From positions 77,695-141,694 of IMG/VR virus record IMGVR_UViG_2931736537_000001: DNA of 64,000 nucleotides; one strand, given 5' to 3'. Below the pieces are notes generated by a model. It searched no databases. It was not told the origin of the DNA and worked only from the letters and a program-made list of their open reading frames with translations. Below are positions 54,187 to 63,460 of this stretch, piece by piece. Numbering within the stretch: the first letter of the stretch is position 1; each line of letters starts with the position of its first letter. The translations under genes were made by a program, and so were the position numbers. The DNA is from a virus. Its lineage: Duplodnaviria; Caudoviricetes.

Positions 54187-54219
54187 GTAAGTTTGACCCC
54201 GTCACGGGTACAAACTTAC
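54187..54219. promoter_or_regulatory. Second operator family, copy A
   Basis: GTAAGT-TTGACCCC-GTCAC-GGGTACAA-ACTTAC inverted repeat. Confidence 0.65.
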
Positions 54220-54261
54220 GCCGCGTTCGGAGCCGGGTCAATACGGTTCCGGAAGCGGGTC

Positions 54262-54513
54262 TTACGAACTGGAGGCGCGGCGGCCGCGACCGGGCCGGTT
54301 CGAGATCCAGGCGTCGATCGTCGACTGCTGCCACGCCGGCGACCGGCCGAACTGCCCGTCGGGGAGCGGCAGATCCTGCGGACGCACAGACTGACCCTCT
54401 GCGATCCGCTTGCGGGTGCGCTTGAGATACATCCGCACCGTTTCGGCCGTAACGCCGATCTTGGCAGCCACCGCTTCGGTGTCGAGGTACGGATTCCCGT
54501 CCGGCACGTCCAC
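54262..54513 (-). CDS. AlpA-like HTH regulator, paralog of 23331-23567
   Basis: AVAAKIGVTAETVRMY...PLPD.QFGRSPAW...TIDAW...RPGRG. Confidence 0.8.
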   Translation of the reverse strand: MDVPDGNPYLDTEAVAAKIGVTAETVRMYLKRTRKRIAEGQSVRPQDLPLPDGQFGRSPAWQQSTIDAWISNRPGRGRRASSS

Positions 54514-54516
54514 TCC

Positions 54517-54537
54517 TTGTCCCCTTGAAGGGGTCCA
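54517..54537. promoter_or_regulatory. Second operator family, copy B (over the HTH translation-start region)
   Basis: TTGTCCCC-TTGAA-GGGGTCCA. Confidence 0.55.
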
Positions 54538-54615
54538 AGGTATCGAACAAGTCGACTCGAGCACCGCAGCAGGCAACGCCACAACCAGCACCTCCCTTCA
54601 GGCCGACCATGGAAA

Positions 54616-54636
54616 ATGTACCCTTGACGGGGACAA
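54616..54636. promoter_or_regulatory. Second operator family, copy C
   Basis: Reverse complement TTGTCCCC-GTCAA-GGGTACAT, 18/21 identical to copy A. Confidence 0.65.
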
Positions 54637-54829
54637 TATTAGGGCGTTTCATGTGGCTGTCTAGCCCCTCCGGGGTGGTTGGTGTCTGACAAGGACTGAT
54701 CGCCTCGGCGCCGTCATCGACTGCACCGACGAAAGTGAGGAGGCCGATGCTGGCCCCCGGAACCAAGCGCCCGCCGGCGCTCGCCACGTCCACCACCGAG
54801 GTGGAACGGGCCGCACGACGGGGGTCTTC

Positions 54830-55942
54830 ATGAGCGGCGCAGCGCTGGTCTGGGTGATGCGGCACAAGCGCTGGTGCGAGTCCACTGGCGAACTCGCCGT
54901 CCTGACGGCCATCGCCGATCACATGCACAAGGGTCTGCAGTCCAGCTACGCGAGCCAGTCGACGATCGCCGAGGAGACGTTCATGTCGGCCCGGTCGGTG
55001 GGGACGCACATGCGCAATCTCGCCAAGCGCGGCGTCATCGTGCCCGGTGACCCGGAGGTGGTCAGTCACATCCGCCCGGATCGCCGTCCGCCAGTGTGGG
55101 ACTTCCCGGCTGACCTGCCCAAAGTCCCCCCGGCGACTGGCAATGACTTCCACCCGGCCGCGCGCACCGCGGCCTCCCAGTCGGGCGAGCGGGTGGCAAC
55201 TGGTGCTACCCGCAAGCGGGGCACGGGTGGAAAATCGGCGCAGCCACGGGTGGAAACTGTTGCCGACGAACCTGGAAGTACTGAACCTGGGGAAAGCGTC
55301 GGTGGTGACGGCCGTAGGCCATCCACCGGTGGTAGGAGCCGCGCCAGCGGCGGCAGAGCCGCGTCGGGCAAGAAGGCGGGTCGGAAGGTTTCGCCGGCTG
55401 ACCTGCGCCGGGTAGTCGAGGGCATCCCAGCCCCGCTGGCAGCTCGCCTGGAGCAGGACTTCCCGAACGGTCTGCCGCTCGCGGTGAACGAGGCGGTGGT
55501 CCAGGCGCTCCTCGATGAGCAGCGGACTGCTGACCAGCTCGTGGAACGGGCGGAGCGTCGCTGGCTGCACTGGTCGTACGAGGACGATGCGGTCTCGGCT
55601 ACCGGCTGCGGCCTCGACAAGCCCCTGGCCGTGCTGCTGACGCTGCTCGGCCCGTCGGCCTGCTGGGGCAACAACGCCCGGTGCGAGGACGGCATCGACA
55701 TCGACACTCGGGAGGACTGCCCACGTTGCACGGAGGCCCGCGAGGAGAAGGCCGCCGCCCGCGCCCACCAGGAGCAGCCTTCCGCGAGCGGCTACAGCGT
55801 GCCTTTCCGGGCTCCGGCGGTATACGCCTCCAGCCCATACGTGCACTGCCAGGGCGAGGGCTGCGGCGTCAAGATGCTGCCGACCGACGACGGGCTGTGC
55901 CGCGAATGCCGAGAGTTCCTGCCGACCGATACGAGCGTTTGA
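54830..55942 (+). CDS. Putative replication initiator (N-terminal wHTH, C-terminal Cys clusters)
   Basis: VL.AIADH...S.ASQ.TIA.ET.MS.RSV..H...L...G.I; C....C.DG...C..C. Confidence 0.65.
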   Translation: MSGAALVWVMRHKRWCESTGELAVLTAIADHMHKGLQSSYASQSTIAEETFMSARSVGTHMRNLAKRGVIVPGDPEVVSHIRPDRRPPVWDFPADLPKVPPATGNDFHPAARTAASQSGERVATGATRKRGTGGKSAQPRVETVADEPGSTEPGESVGGDGRRPSTGGRSRASGGRAASGKKAGRKVSPADLRRVVEGIPAPLAARLEQDFPNGLPLAVNEAVVQALLDEQRTADQLVERAERRWLHWSYEDDAVSATGCGLDKPLAVLLTLLGPSACWGNNARCEDGIDIDTREDCPRCTEAREEKAAARAHQEQPSASGYSVPFRAPAVYASSPYVHCQGEGCGVKMLPTDDGLCRECREFLPTDTSV

Positions 55943-55954
55943 GGAAGGGACGCG

Positions 55955-56710
55955 ATGGTCCAGCGTGAGGAGCGAACAGCTGTGTACCGCCTGTACGACG
56001 CCTCGGAGCGCCTGTTGTACGTCGGCATCAGCCGCGATCCGGAAGTCCGCTGGAAACAGCACGCAAGGCTGAAGTACTGGTGGCCGGCAGTCACGTCCCA
56101 GACCGTCGAGTGGTGCGAGTCTCGGCGAGAAGCGGAACGAGCCGAAGCTCAGGCCATCGCGCGGGAGCGTCCTCGGTACGACGAATCGAATCGCCAAGGC
56201 GCAGGGTGGAACACTCCGGCACCTGCCCGAGATGAGCAGTCCGCGCTGAAGGCTTGCGCCGTGGAAGCCCTCCTCTGCAGCATCCGGGATGGCACGTTCC
56301 CGGCCTGGAGCCTGCTCCCATCCCGCAAGGCGCTGGCGGAGAGGTACGGGCTTCCACAGGCTGCTGTCGACTCGGCGCTCTGGGACCTGAGGGCGAAGCC
56401 CATGAAGGCTCTTTCCATCCTGTCCAAGTACATCGTCGTGACGGGCCCCGAGGAGTTCCCGAGCGGAGTCCACCGCCGGTTCGGCGCCGTGTATGCCCTG
56501 GCGCTCCTGCACTTCGGCGACCGCCCGTTCACAGCCCAGGAGTTGGTCGACAGCACGCGGATCGGAAAGACCACAGTCGTCAGCGAGCTTCGTCGCTGGC
56601 GCGACAGCGGGCTGGCCGACGTACACGGTGAGCCGCGCCGCGGACCCGGGGCCCGCTTCACGCTGCGCGTGACGGAGGCCGCCGACGCGGGCGCGTGTGC
56701 CACGAGCTGA
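55955..56710 (+). CDS. GIY-YIG-like + GntR-type wHTH protein
   Basis: TAVYRLYD....LLYVGIS..P..RW.QH; IRDG.F....LPS...LA.RYG; a further C-terminal wHTH. Confidence 0.75.
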   Translation: MVQREERTAVYRLYDASERLLYVGISRDPEVRWKQHARLKYWWPAVTSQTVEWCESRREAERAEAQAIARERPRYDESNRQGAGWNTPAPARDEQSALKACAVEALLCSIRDGTFPAWSLLPSRKALAERYGLPQAAVDSALWDLRAKPMKALSILSKYIVVTGPEEFPSGVHRRFGAVYALALLHFGDRPFTAQELVDSTRIGKTTVVSELRRWRDSGLADVHGEPRRGPGARFTLRVTEAADAGACATS

Positions 56711-56871
56711 GTGCATGTCATTCCCCAGGGAGGCAAAGGGGCTTATGGAGTGCTTAGTTCAGCTTCTGGATCAAGGGGGTTCGGCGAGAGCCTCTGATGT
56801 GTGCGCGGTGTATGCCTCGTGTACGCCTGGCCCCGTAGGCTGCTGTCTGTGCCTGCCGAGGGGGTGATCAA

Positions 56872-58029
56872 ATGGCCGTAATTGTGAAGTGGACCGGTCG
56901 AGAGGCAGCGGCGCTGGGCGAGGCTCTGCGGATGTCGATCCGGGCCTACGCCAGCCACCTGGGTGTGAACCCTGCGACCGTGCAGAAGTGGCGCAACCGG
57001 GGGCGAGACCTCGAACTGATGCCGGAGACCGCGGAGATGCTAGACGTGGCATTGCGACAGTGCCCCGAGGACGTCGTCGCCAAGTTCCGAGTGCTGCTTG
57101 GAGGGGACGAGGAACCGTTCCGGGAGACGGAGCTGGTGCCCCTGGGGCCGGCCCGCGTGGTCAGCCACAAGTTCGTCCCCGTCTACCTGGGCGCCGCAGT
57201 CGACGGCCTGCTCCCCCAGGCAGCGCCATGTCCGCTCGGTCCGGGCGGCCTCGAGCACCGCTCTTTCCCGGCCGCCCACCCAGAGGCTTCCGAGGAGTCG
57301 CGTCTCTACCTGTACCCATGTGGCGTTGCCATCTTCCACCTGGTCCAGCCCCGGACCGTCGCGCGCCTGGGCGAGCTGGCCGCGTGGAGATACCGGTCGT
57401 ACGTCACCGACCTGGAGTGGGCGACCACAGAGCTTCAGCGACTTCTCGCGGAGGCGGGCACCCCCACTGAGACCGCGGCGACGTACGTGCTGTCGGCCTA
57501 CCTGCTCGAGGACTCCCCTTGGCACGGCTCACAGCTGGCCACCGCTCTGCAGATCCTCACGACGCCCTCGGTCGTCGTCGACCGGCAGCATTCCGACGGG
57601 CCACTGCGCCTCGGAGACTCCGTGGAACAGGAACTGTTCACGGAGGGGTACGCCCACCCAGACGTGATCGAGTTCGGCTCCCAGCCGGTCTCTATAGGAC
57701 TCGCCGGCTGGTCGGGAGTTGCCTACCACCCTCTGGCGGCCGACCGTGCGTTGCCCATGGCGGCGATCGTCGCGCTCGAGTTGGACGTCCAGACTCTATG
57801 GGCCTTGAGTACCTACGTTCTCGACGAGATCGAGGCTGGCCGAGACCCGCTCATGCCGCACGACGCATACGGGTGGCGGTGGCTCCGCGGCGCATACTCT
57901 CGGTTGACGGCGGCACGCCCCCAGGAGACTGCCCAGCACCAGCTGATGCGTGAGGCGGTCCTTGCGACGAGCCAGTTGCCGGACCGGCTGCGGGCGGCCC
58001 AGGACGCCCTGCGCGAATCGGGCATGTGA
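56872..58029 (+). CDS. XRE-HTH protein with a large C-terminal domain of unknown function
   Basis: WTGREA.AL..ALRMS.R.YA.HLGV...TV.KW. Confidence 0.75.
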   Translation: MAVIVKWTGREAAALGEALRMSIRAYASHLGVNPATVQKWRNRGRDLELMPETAEMLDVALRQCPEDVVAKFRVLLGGDEEPFRETELVPLGPARVVSHKFVPVYLGAAVDGLLPQAAPCPLGPGGLEHRSFPAAHPEASEESRLYLYPCGVAIFHLVQPRTVARLGELAAWRYRSYVTDLEWATTELQRLLAEAGTPTETAATYVLSAYLLEDSPWHGSQLATALQILTTPSVVVDRQHSDGPLRLGDSVEQELFTEGYAHPDVIEFGSQPVSIGLAGWSGVAYHPLAADRALPMAAIVALELDVQTLWALSTYVLDEIEAGRDPLMPHDAYGWRWLRGAYSRLTAARPQETAQHQLMREAVLATSQLPDRLRAAQDALRESGM

Positions 58030-58036
58030 TCAGCGG

Positions 58037-58624
58037 ATGGAGGACTTGGTGGACCCCCGTACAGCAGCGCTCGTGGTCGTCGACGTACAGCACGGCTTCG
58101 TCAACCGCCACAGTGAGCACGCTGTGCCACAGGTCGTGCGGTTGGTCGACGCCTGGACCACGGCCGGCCGGCCGGTGGTCTTCGCCCGATTCCACAACGC
58201 GCCCGGCTCGCCGTACGAGCGGATCTCCAACTGGACTCGGCTGCGTTCGGCTGACGAACAGGCGCTGGTCGCCGAGCTGGAGCCGTACCTGGACATCGCT
58301 GCCTTGGTCATCGACAAGACCGTCTCGAGCGCGCTCACCGAGGACCTGTCCCGAGTCGCCACGGAGCGGCACTGGACGGACCTCGTTCTGTGCGGCATCG
58401 ACACCGACAGCTGCGTGTACGACACCGCCGTCGCCGCGTACCACGGCGGCCTGCGGCCCTGGATTGTGACCGACGCCTGCGCCTCAACCGGTGGCGTGGA
58501 ATTGCACGAGGCGGCGCTTCTACTTGCCCGCCGCAACATCGGCGCCCAACAGCTACTTACTGTCGACGAGGTGGCAGACCGACTGGCCGGCCGCACCGTC
58601 CCTGCCAAAGGAGCCTGCGCATGA
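58037..58624 (+). CDS. Isochorismatase-family cysteine hydrolase
   Basis: ALVVVDVQ.GF, IDK..S, GIDTDSCV (Asp-Lys-Cys); alternative GTG start at 58049. Confidence 0.9.
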   Translation: MEDLVDPRTAALVVVDVQHGFVNRHSEHAVPQVVRLVDAWTTAGRPVVFARFHNAPGSPYERISNWTRLRSADEQALVAELEPYLDIAALVIDKTVSSALTEDLSRVATERHWTDLVLCGIDTDSCVYDTAVAAYHGGLRPWIVTDACASTGGVELHEAALLLARRNIGAQQLLTVDEVADRLAGRTVPAKGACA

Positions 58625-59523
58625 CCACTTGGGACGCGGATCTACTGGTCGTCGGTGCGGGCCCGGCGGGCGTCTCCGCGGCGGTGATGGCGTCGAGCCT
58701 CCGGATGCACACCGTGGTCGTCGAGGTTGAGCAGGTCGGAGCCAAGCTGCGGGCCATCGGAGCCATGGAGAACGTGCCCGGCGGCTGGACGACCGGCGGT
58801 GCGCTGGCCGAGGCACTCGCCTCCGACCTCGACCGGCACCAGGAGCTGGGGCGTGTGACCGTACTGAACGGTCGCGCCGCGCGAGTGGACGGCCACGACG
58901 ATCGTGCCGAGGTTCTGCTCGAAGACGGCCGCACCCTTACCGCGCCAACCGTCGTCGTCGCCACGGGCGTGAGCACGCTGCTGCCGGCCGATGTGCCGTG
59001 GATCGAGGCGCCAGAGGCCAGGTGGCTGCCGCCGCTGTGGCGCACGACGTCTGAGGACCTCGAAGGCCGCCGGGTGGTCGTGCTGGGAGCGGATCGGCCG
59101 CTGGGAACCTGGCTGCGGGCCCACCCGCAGGCCCGGGTGAACCTCGACGTGCTGTTCCCCGAGTCCGACCGGTACAAGACCGAGGAGGTCGCCGACGACG
59201 GGCGCCTCCGCCTCGACGTCGTCGACCGCGTCAGCGTGGCACCCGTGCCGGACGGCTTCCGTGTCACCGCCTGGCACTCTTCCGGCGGCTCTCACACGTT
59301 CGTCGTTGACGCGGTGCTGAGCAACATGGGCTCGAAGCCAGCGGCGCTCGCCGGGCTCGCAGTCGGCGCGGACGGGTACTGTCCGCCGGACAAGCAGCAC
59401 CCGCGCGTCCTGGTGGCCGGAGACCTGAAGGGCGCCCAGATGCAGCGGATCGCGGTGGCGATCGGCGACGGCTCCCGAGCCGCGCTCGCTCCCTACTACC
59501 AGGCCCAGGTCGTACGCGCCTGA
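58621..59523 (+). CDS. FAD-dependent pyridine-nucleotide disulphide oxidoreductase-like protein
   Basis: GAGPAG, VVATG, VAGD, AIGDG; no CxxC. Confidence 0.85.
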   Translation: MTTWDADLLVVGAGPAGVSAAVMASSLRMHTVVVEVEQVGAKLRAIGAMENVPGGWTTGGALAEALASDLDRHQELGRVTVLNGRAARVDGHDDRAEVLLEDGRTLTAPTVVVATGVSTLLPADVPWIEAPEARWLPPLWRTTSEDLEGRRVVVLGADRPLGTWLRAHPQARVNLDVLFPESDRYKTEEVADDGRLRLDVVDRVSVAPVPDGFRVTAWHSSGGSHTFVVDAVLSNMGSKPAALAGLAVGADGYCPPDKQHPRVLVAGDLKGAQMQRIAVAIGDGSRAALAPYYQAQVVRA

Positions 59524-59603
59524 AGCCCCGCGAGCACCCCGGCCCAGCTGTCGACAGCACGGTTCCTCTGCCGTACGCCGGGGTGGACCGCTACGGTAGG
59601 GGC

Positions 59604-59831
59604 ATGGCCCGGGAAATCCGTATCGAGATCAGTGACGAGCTGTACGAGCAGCTGCGGCAGGCAGCCGCGGAGCGGCATCTGCCACCCGAGGCGTACGCCG
59701 GCCGGGTCCTGGACGCGGACCTGACCCGGGAACGGTTCCGTGAGGGTGCCCGCAGCTTCATCGCCGAGCACGCTGAGGGCTTCGCGGAGCGCTTCGGCGG
59801 CCCCGTGGGCTCCAGCGCCGACGCGGCCTGA
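59604..59831 (+). CDS. Putative antitoxin (RHH/CopG-like)
   Basis: IRIEISDELYEQLRQAA; directly upstream of the Fic/Doc gene. Confidence 0.6.
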   Translation: MAREIRIEISDELYEQLRQAAAERHLPPEAYAGRVLDADLTRERFREGARSFIAEHAEGFAERFGGPVGSSADAA

Positions 59832-59844
59832 GCCGCGGTCGCCC

Positions 59845-60216
59845 ATGATCCTTACGATCGATCTGCCCTGGCTGCTGGAGATCGCGCAGCACGACCTCCC
59901 CGGGGATCCCGAGGTGGTCGACTGGGGTTCGCTGGAGGCCGGGCGGGCCCGTCATTGCTTCCAAGTGATGGACACCCCGGTCTACGGGCAGGCCCACCAC
60001 CGCGCTGCGGCTCTCCTGCAGCAGTTCGTTCTGGTCCCCGCGCTCGAGCACTCGAACGAGCTGTTCGCCGCGGCGGTGGCCGCCGCCTACCTCCACGCGT
60101 CCGGCCGGCCGGTGCGTGTCGCGACGAAGGAGGCCGCGGACCTCGTGCAGCAGGTCGCGGACCGGCAGCTCGACGTCCGGCAGATCGCGGCGGCGCTCAA
60201 GGAGTGGACTCGCTGA
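59845..60216 (+). CDS. Fic/Doc-family protein, degenerate motif
   Basis: V.D.G.L.A..ARH, RAAALL, PALEHSNELFA. Confidence 0.75.
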   Translation: MILTIDLPWLLEIAQHDLPGDPEVVDWGSLEAGRARHCFQVMDTPVYGQAHHRAAALLQQFVLVPALEHSNELFAAAVAAAYLHASGRPVRVATKEAADLVQQVADRQLDVRQIAAALKEWTR

Positions 60217-60522
60217 TCAGCGGGCCTGCCGCCGCTGACGATCGTGTTCGTCCAGGGCGTCCTCGCCGGTTTCGGAGACGTCCAGGCGTACCTGGGTCCA
60301 GGTGGTGAGGTCGACGTTGGGCATCGCCGGCGGTCCGGTCTCGGTCTCCGCCAGGTACAGCAGGGTTGCCTCGCGCACCGAGCGGGCTCGGAGGGTTTTG
60401 GTTGTGCGGACGACCGAGCGCGGCTCGGTGGGGTGGCGGTAGACGGTGGCGGCGGTGAACCAGCGGACGGTCGGCTCCGGCGGCTGCTCCGGTTCGTCGC
60501 GTCCGAGTATCTTGCTCAGCAT
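60217..60522 (-). CDS. Hypothetical protein
   Basis: RBS GGAG; 101 aa. Confidence 0.55.
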   Translation of the reverse strand: MLSKILGRDEPEQPPEPTVRWFTAATVYRHPTEPRSVVRTTKTLRARSVREATLLYLAETETGPPAMPNVDLTTWTQVRLDVSETGEDALDEHDRQRRQAR

Positions 60523-60549
60523 GGAGAACTCCGTGGTCAGGCGGGCCCC

Positions 60550-61353
60550 TTACCCTGACACACGGCGTGTGGGCAGCCCTTCGAAGGGGTCGAAACCGAG
60601 CAGTTCGACCTTCCGGCGGCGCGTCGACTCTCGCGTGCGCCACTCGTCGCTGAGCGGGTAGATCAGGCCCAGGCCGGCTGCGGGCGGTGCGTTCTGGTAG
60701 TCCGCTCGAGGGCAGCCGGTGACGTGGGGGCACTCCTCCAGGACTCGGTTGCACAGGCCGCAGAGCAGGCCCCTGACCTGGCCGGTTTCGTGGTCGTGGT
60801 CGACCATGGCGCCCGGGTAGAGGCCGCACAGGTGGCAGTCGGGGCCGAGCGCGGCGACGAGCGCGGCGCGCATCCGCCGTACGGAGGCCGTACGGGCCGG
60901 CGGCGGCGGCCAGCAGTGCAGCAGGCCGTAGTGGCCCGCGGTGCAGCGCTCCCGCTTGGCGAGGAGGCCGGGGTCGATGCCCGGGCCGGCCGGGCTCACG
61001 GTCCACGTCGCCATGAGTTCGACCCAGGGGGTGTCGCCGTCGTCGCGGCCGCCCATCCACTCGCGCGGTCCTTCAGGGCCTTCGTGCCAGGAGCAGTGCT
61101 GCTGGTGGGTCCAGCCGCCGGCGGTCTGGGCGTCGCCGCACAGCAGTTGGTCGGCGCGGGCGAGGTGGTGGCGGCCGTCGCTGCCGGGGACGGCGAGGGT
61201 GGGGCCGGGCGGGCCGGGCGGCGGGTGGGGCAGCCGACAGGGCTCGCCCACGGCGTCGATGACCATCTGCTCGACGTGGGGCAGGCCCTGGTGGGCCCAG
61301 CGCCACAGGAGCCGGGCGCGGCGGTACGGGGGCAGGTCGTCCAGTGTGGGCAC
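60550..61353 (-). CDS. Endonuclease VII domain protein
   Basis: C..C.....VDHDHETG.VRGLLC..CN; start uncertain. Confidence 0.8.
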   Translation of the reverse strand: MPTLDDLPPYRRARLLWRWAHQGLPHVEQMVIDAVGEPCRLPHPPPGPPGPTLAVPGSDGRHHLARADQLLCGDAQTAGGWTHQQHCSWHEGPEGPREWMGGRDDGDTPWVELMATWTVSPAGPGIDPGLLAKRERCTAGHYGLLHCWPPPPARTASVRRMRAALVAALGPDCHLCGLYPGAMVDHDHETGQVRGLLCGLCNRVLEECPHVTGCPRADYQNAPPAAGLGLIYPLSDEWRTRESTRRRKVELLGFDPFEGLPTRRVSG

Positions 61354-61436
61354 GAGGTGATGGTGGCGTACGGCACTGACAGTGCCTCCGCCGCGGGCGC
61401 CGGGCGGTGTCCGCCGCCGGGCGCCCGCGCGCGGGG

Positions 61437-61958
61437 TCAGGAGGAGGCGTGGCCGAAGAAGAGCCAGCCGGTGTGCTTCAGCGGTCCGCCCTGCAGCGGG
61501 ACCTGGAGCGTCCCGGCGTACGGGCGTCCGGTGCGGGGGTGGGTCTCGTACATGCCCTGGATGCCGTACGCGGGGCGCTCCCCGTCCTTGAGTTCGCCGC
61601 GCGCGGTGAGGACGGCGACCGCAGCCTTCTCCAGGCTCTCGAAGCCGCCCGCCGGGGCGTTGTCCATGGTGAAGGTGACCTCCACCCGGCGCCGGTCCGT
61701 CAGTACGGGTATCGCACCGGCGGGCCCCCACTTGTCGGAGATGCGGGGGTCGTCGGCGCCTATCAGTTTGGAGGCGTACGCCTCGGCTTCGTCCAGGGGC
61801 ATCGGGGTCTGGGTGATGACCGTGAACGCGTCCTTCTCGGCGATGGTGCCGGTGTAGCCGCCGTGGCCGTGCTCGTCCTGGGCGTCCTCGACGGCGGCCC
61901 AGAAGGCCTTCTCGACGCCGGTTCCGTCCTGGTAGGTGCTGAAGTCGTAGGCGCCCAT
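61437..61958 (-). CDS. Hypothetical phage protein (operator-controlled)
   Basis: GHGGYTGTIAEK, DKWGPAGAI, WLFFG.ASS; RBS GAGGAG. Confidence 0.75.
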   Translation of the reverse strand: MGAYDFSTYQDGTGVEKAFWAAVEDAQDEHGHGGYTGTIAEKDAFTVITQTPMPLDEAEAYASKLIGADDPRISDKWGPAGAIPVLTDRRRVEVTFTMDNAPAGGFESLEKAAVAVLTARGELKDGERPAYGIQGMYETHPRTGRPYAGTLQVPLQGGPLKHTGWLFFGHASS

Positions 61959-61997
61959 GTTGCTCCTCGGTTCGGTGGTCTACCGCCCTCCCAACTA

Positions 61998-62014
61998 TAC
62001 AACGCATCATTGTA
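61998..62014 (-). promoter_or_regulatory. 17-bp operator, copy 10 (one mismatch)
   Basis: Minus strand CTTCAACTT-TACAATG-atg-CGTTGTA-TAGTTGGG. Confidence 0.8.
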
Positions 62015-62146
62015 AAGTTGAAGCGCAGCAGGCTCCTGAACTGGGCTTTCGCGAAGGCGCCGGGTGAGGCACCGAAGGGCCGGCGCGCGGCGCGAACGCC
62101 GAAGCCCCGCCGCGCCGTGGCGCTGCGGGGCCCGGTCCTTCCCGAC

Positions 62147-62527
62147 TCACGCGAAGGTGGTGTGGAAGTGGGTGGCGATCTGCGAGAGGCGGCTGGCGGC
62201 GTCGGCCCGGGCGTCCGGGTCGGTGATGTCGGCCAGGGGGAACTTCCGGGGGCTGTGCGGGTGGGGGTGCGGGGTGAAGTCGGGGCCGGTGAGCATCAGC
62301 GTGCCGGTCAGGAAGTAGTCGCCGACGTGCAGGCCGGTCAGCCGGTAGCCGCTGGTGTCGCCAGGCCGGCCGAGGCTGATGGTCACCGCGTGCCGGTCGG
62401 GCTGGCCGAAGTAGGCGGGCATCACGTGGATGGTGTCGGTGTCGATGCTGTAGAGGGCGTGGCCCAGGTCCTTGAAGTAGCCGATTCGGGCGGTAGTGCC
62501 GTCGTCGAAGGTGGCGAAGGTCTGCAT
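62147..62527 (-). CDS. Hypothetical protein (operator-controlled)
   Basis: RBS AAGGAG; 126 aa. Confidence 0.7.
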   Translation of the reverse strand: MQTFATFDDGTTARIGYFKDLGHALYSIDTDTIHVMPAYFGQPDRHAVTISLGRPGDTSGYRLTGLHVGDYFLTGTLMLTGPDFTPHPHPHSPRKFPLADITDPDARADAASRLSQIATHFHTTFA

Positions 62528-62570
62528 GGCGGTTCTCCTTGCGGTTCGTTCGGTCGCTACACCCCGACCA

Positions 62571-62587
62571 TACAACGGAACGTTGTA
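62571..62587 (-). promoter_or_regulatory. 17-bp operator, copy 11
   Basis: Minus strand AAGATC..CTTCCATCTT-TACAACG-ttc-CGTTGTA-TGGT. Confidence 0.85.
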
Positions 62588-62714
62588 AAGATGGAAGCGG
62601 CTTGGGGATCTTCTTCCGGCGGCCCGGCCGGCGTACGCGGCCCGGACACGGAAGAGCCGCCGGACCGGGCGGTCTCGGCGGCTCGGGAAGGCGGGGCTGC
62701 GGCGTGTGCGCCGC

Positions 62715-63191
62715 TCAGGGGGTACTGAGCAGCTCGAGCGCCTGCTTGCCCGACAGGTGTCCGTGCCGTGCGCGTACCTCGGTCCGTACGCGGTCGGCCG
62801 CTTCGGCGTGGCCGTGCTCGGCCAGGAGGTCCGCGACGTGCCTGCCGTGCATGCCGCGCCGGGTGCGCAGGGCCTCGGTGACGAGCTGGATGGCTGGACT
62901 ACCGGCCGGAGCGGTCTCGTCCGTCTCCTGGGGGGTTCGCTGTCCGCGCTGCGGCGCCGGATCGGTCACCCTGCTCCACGCTGGACGGCAGCTCTCGATG
63001 TGCCCCTCGGCCCTGCTGCCGTCTTCCCGTTTGGCGAGGTGGCTGCGCCAGAATCCGACTCGCCCTCGAGCCGTGCCCGGCTTGCCGTACGGGCCCTCGT
63101 ACACGGTCTCCACCGTGCCGTCGCCGTAGCGCTTGGTGATGACGGCGCGGAACAGCTCGGCGCCGGGGCCTACTCCTATGTCGCGGGCCAC
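62715..63191 (-). CDS. Hypothetical protein
   Basis: FRAVI, YEGPY..PG.AR.RV.FW; RBS GAGGA. Confidence 0.6.
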   Translation of the reverse strand: MARDIGVGPGAELFRAVITKRYGDGTVETVYEGPYGKPGTARGRVGFWRSHLAKREDGSRAEGHIESCRPAWSRVTDPAPQRGQRTPQETDETAPAGSPAIQLVTEALRTRRGMHGRHVADLLAEHGHAEAADRVRTEVRARHGHLSGKQALELLSTP

Positions 63192-63192
63192 T

Positions 63193-63459
63193 TCAGTTCT
63201 TCCTCTCGATGACGGAGCGCCGCATGTCGCGGCCGGTGATGACGGAGAGCTTGTGTCGGCCGCACCCTTGGCAGTGGGTGACGCCCTCGAAGGAGTCCCA
63301 CAGCGGGTCGGCTGTGATCAGCCAGGCCGGATCGCTGGAGAAGCCGGGCCGCCAGTAGGCCCCGCAGACGCACTGACGGCGGGGCTTGGGGGGCGGGCTG
63401 GTGCGGCGGCGCCGGAACGGGATCACGTTGTCCGGGACGCTGTCGTCGGGCGAGCCCAC
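63193..63459 (-). CDS. Small Cys-rich hypothetical protein
   Basis: DNVIPFR, C.CG, C..CG; RBS AGGAG. Confidence 0.55.
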   Translation of the reverse strand: MGSPDDSVPDNVIPFRRRRTSPPPKPRRQCVCGAYWRPGFSSDPAWLITADPLWDSFEGVTHCQGCGRHKLSVITGRDMRRSVIERKN

Positions 63460-63460
63460 G

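Noticed and set aside
53588-56716. 1042-aa minus-strand ORF
   Set aside because: Mostly the antisense shadow of the rep and GIY-YIG/GntR genes; only the last 150 codons have an RBS and look real.
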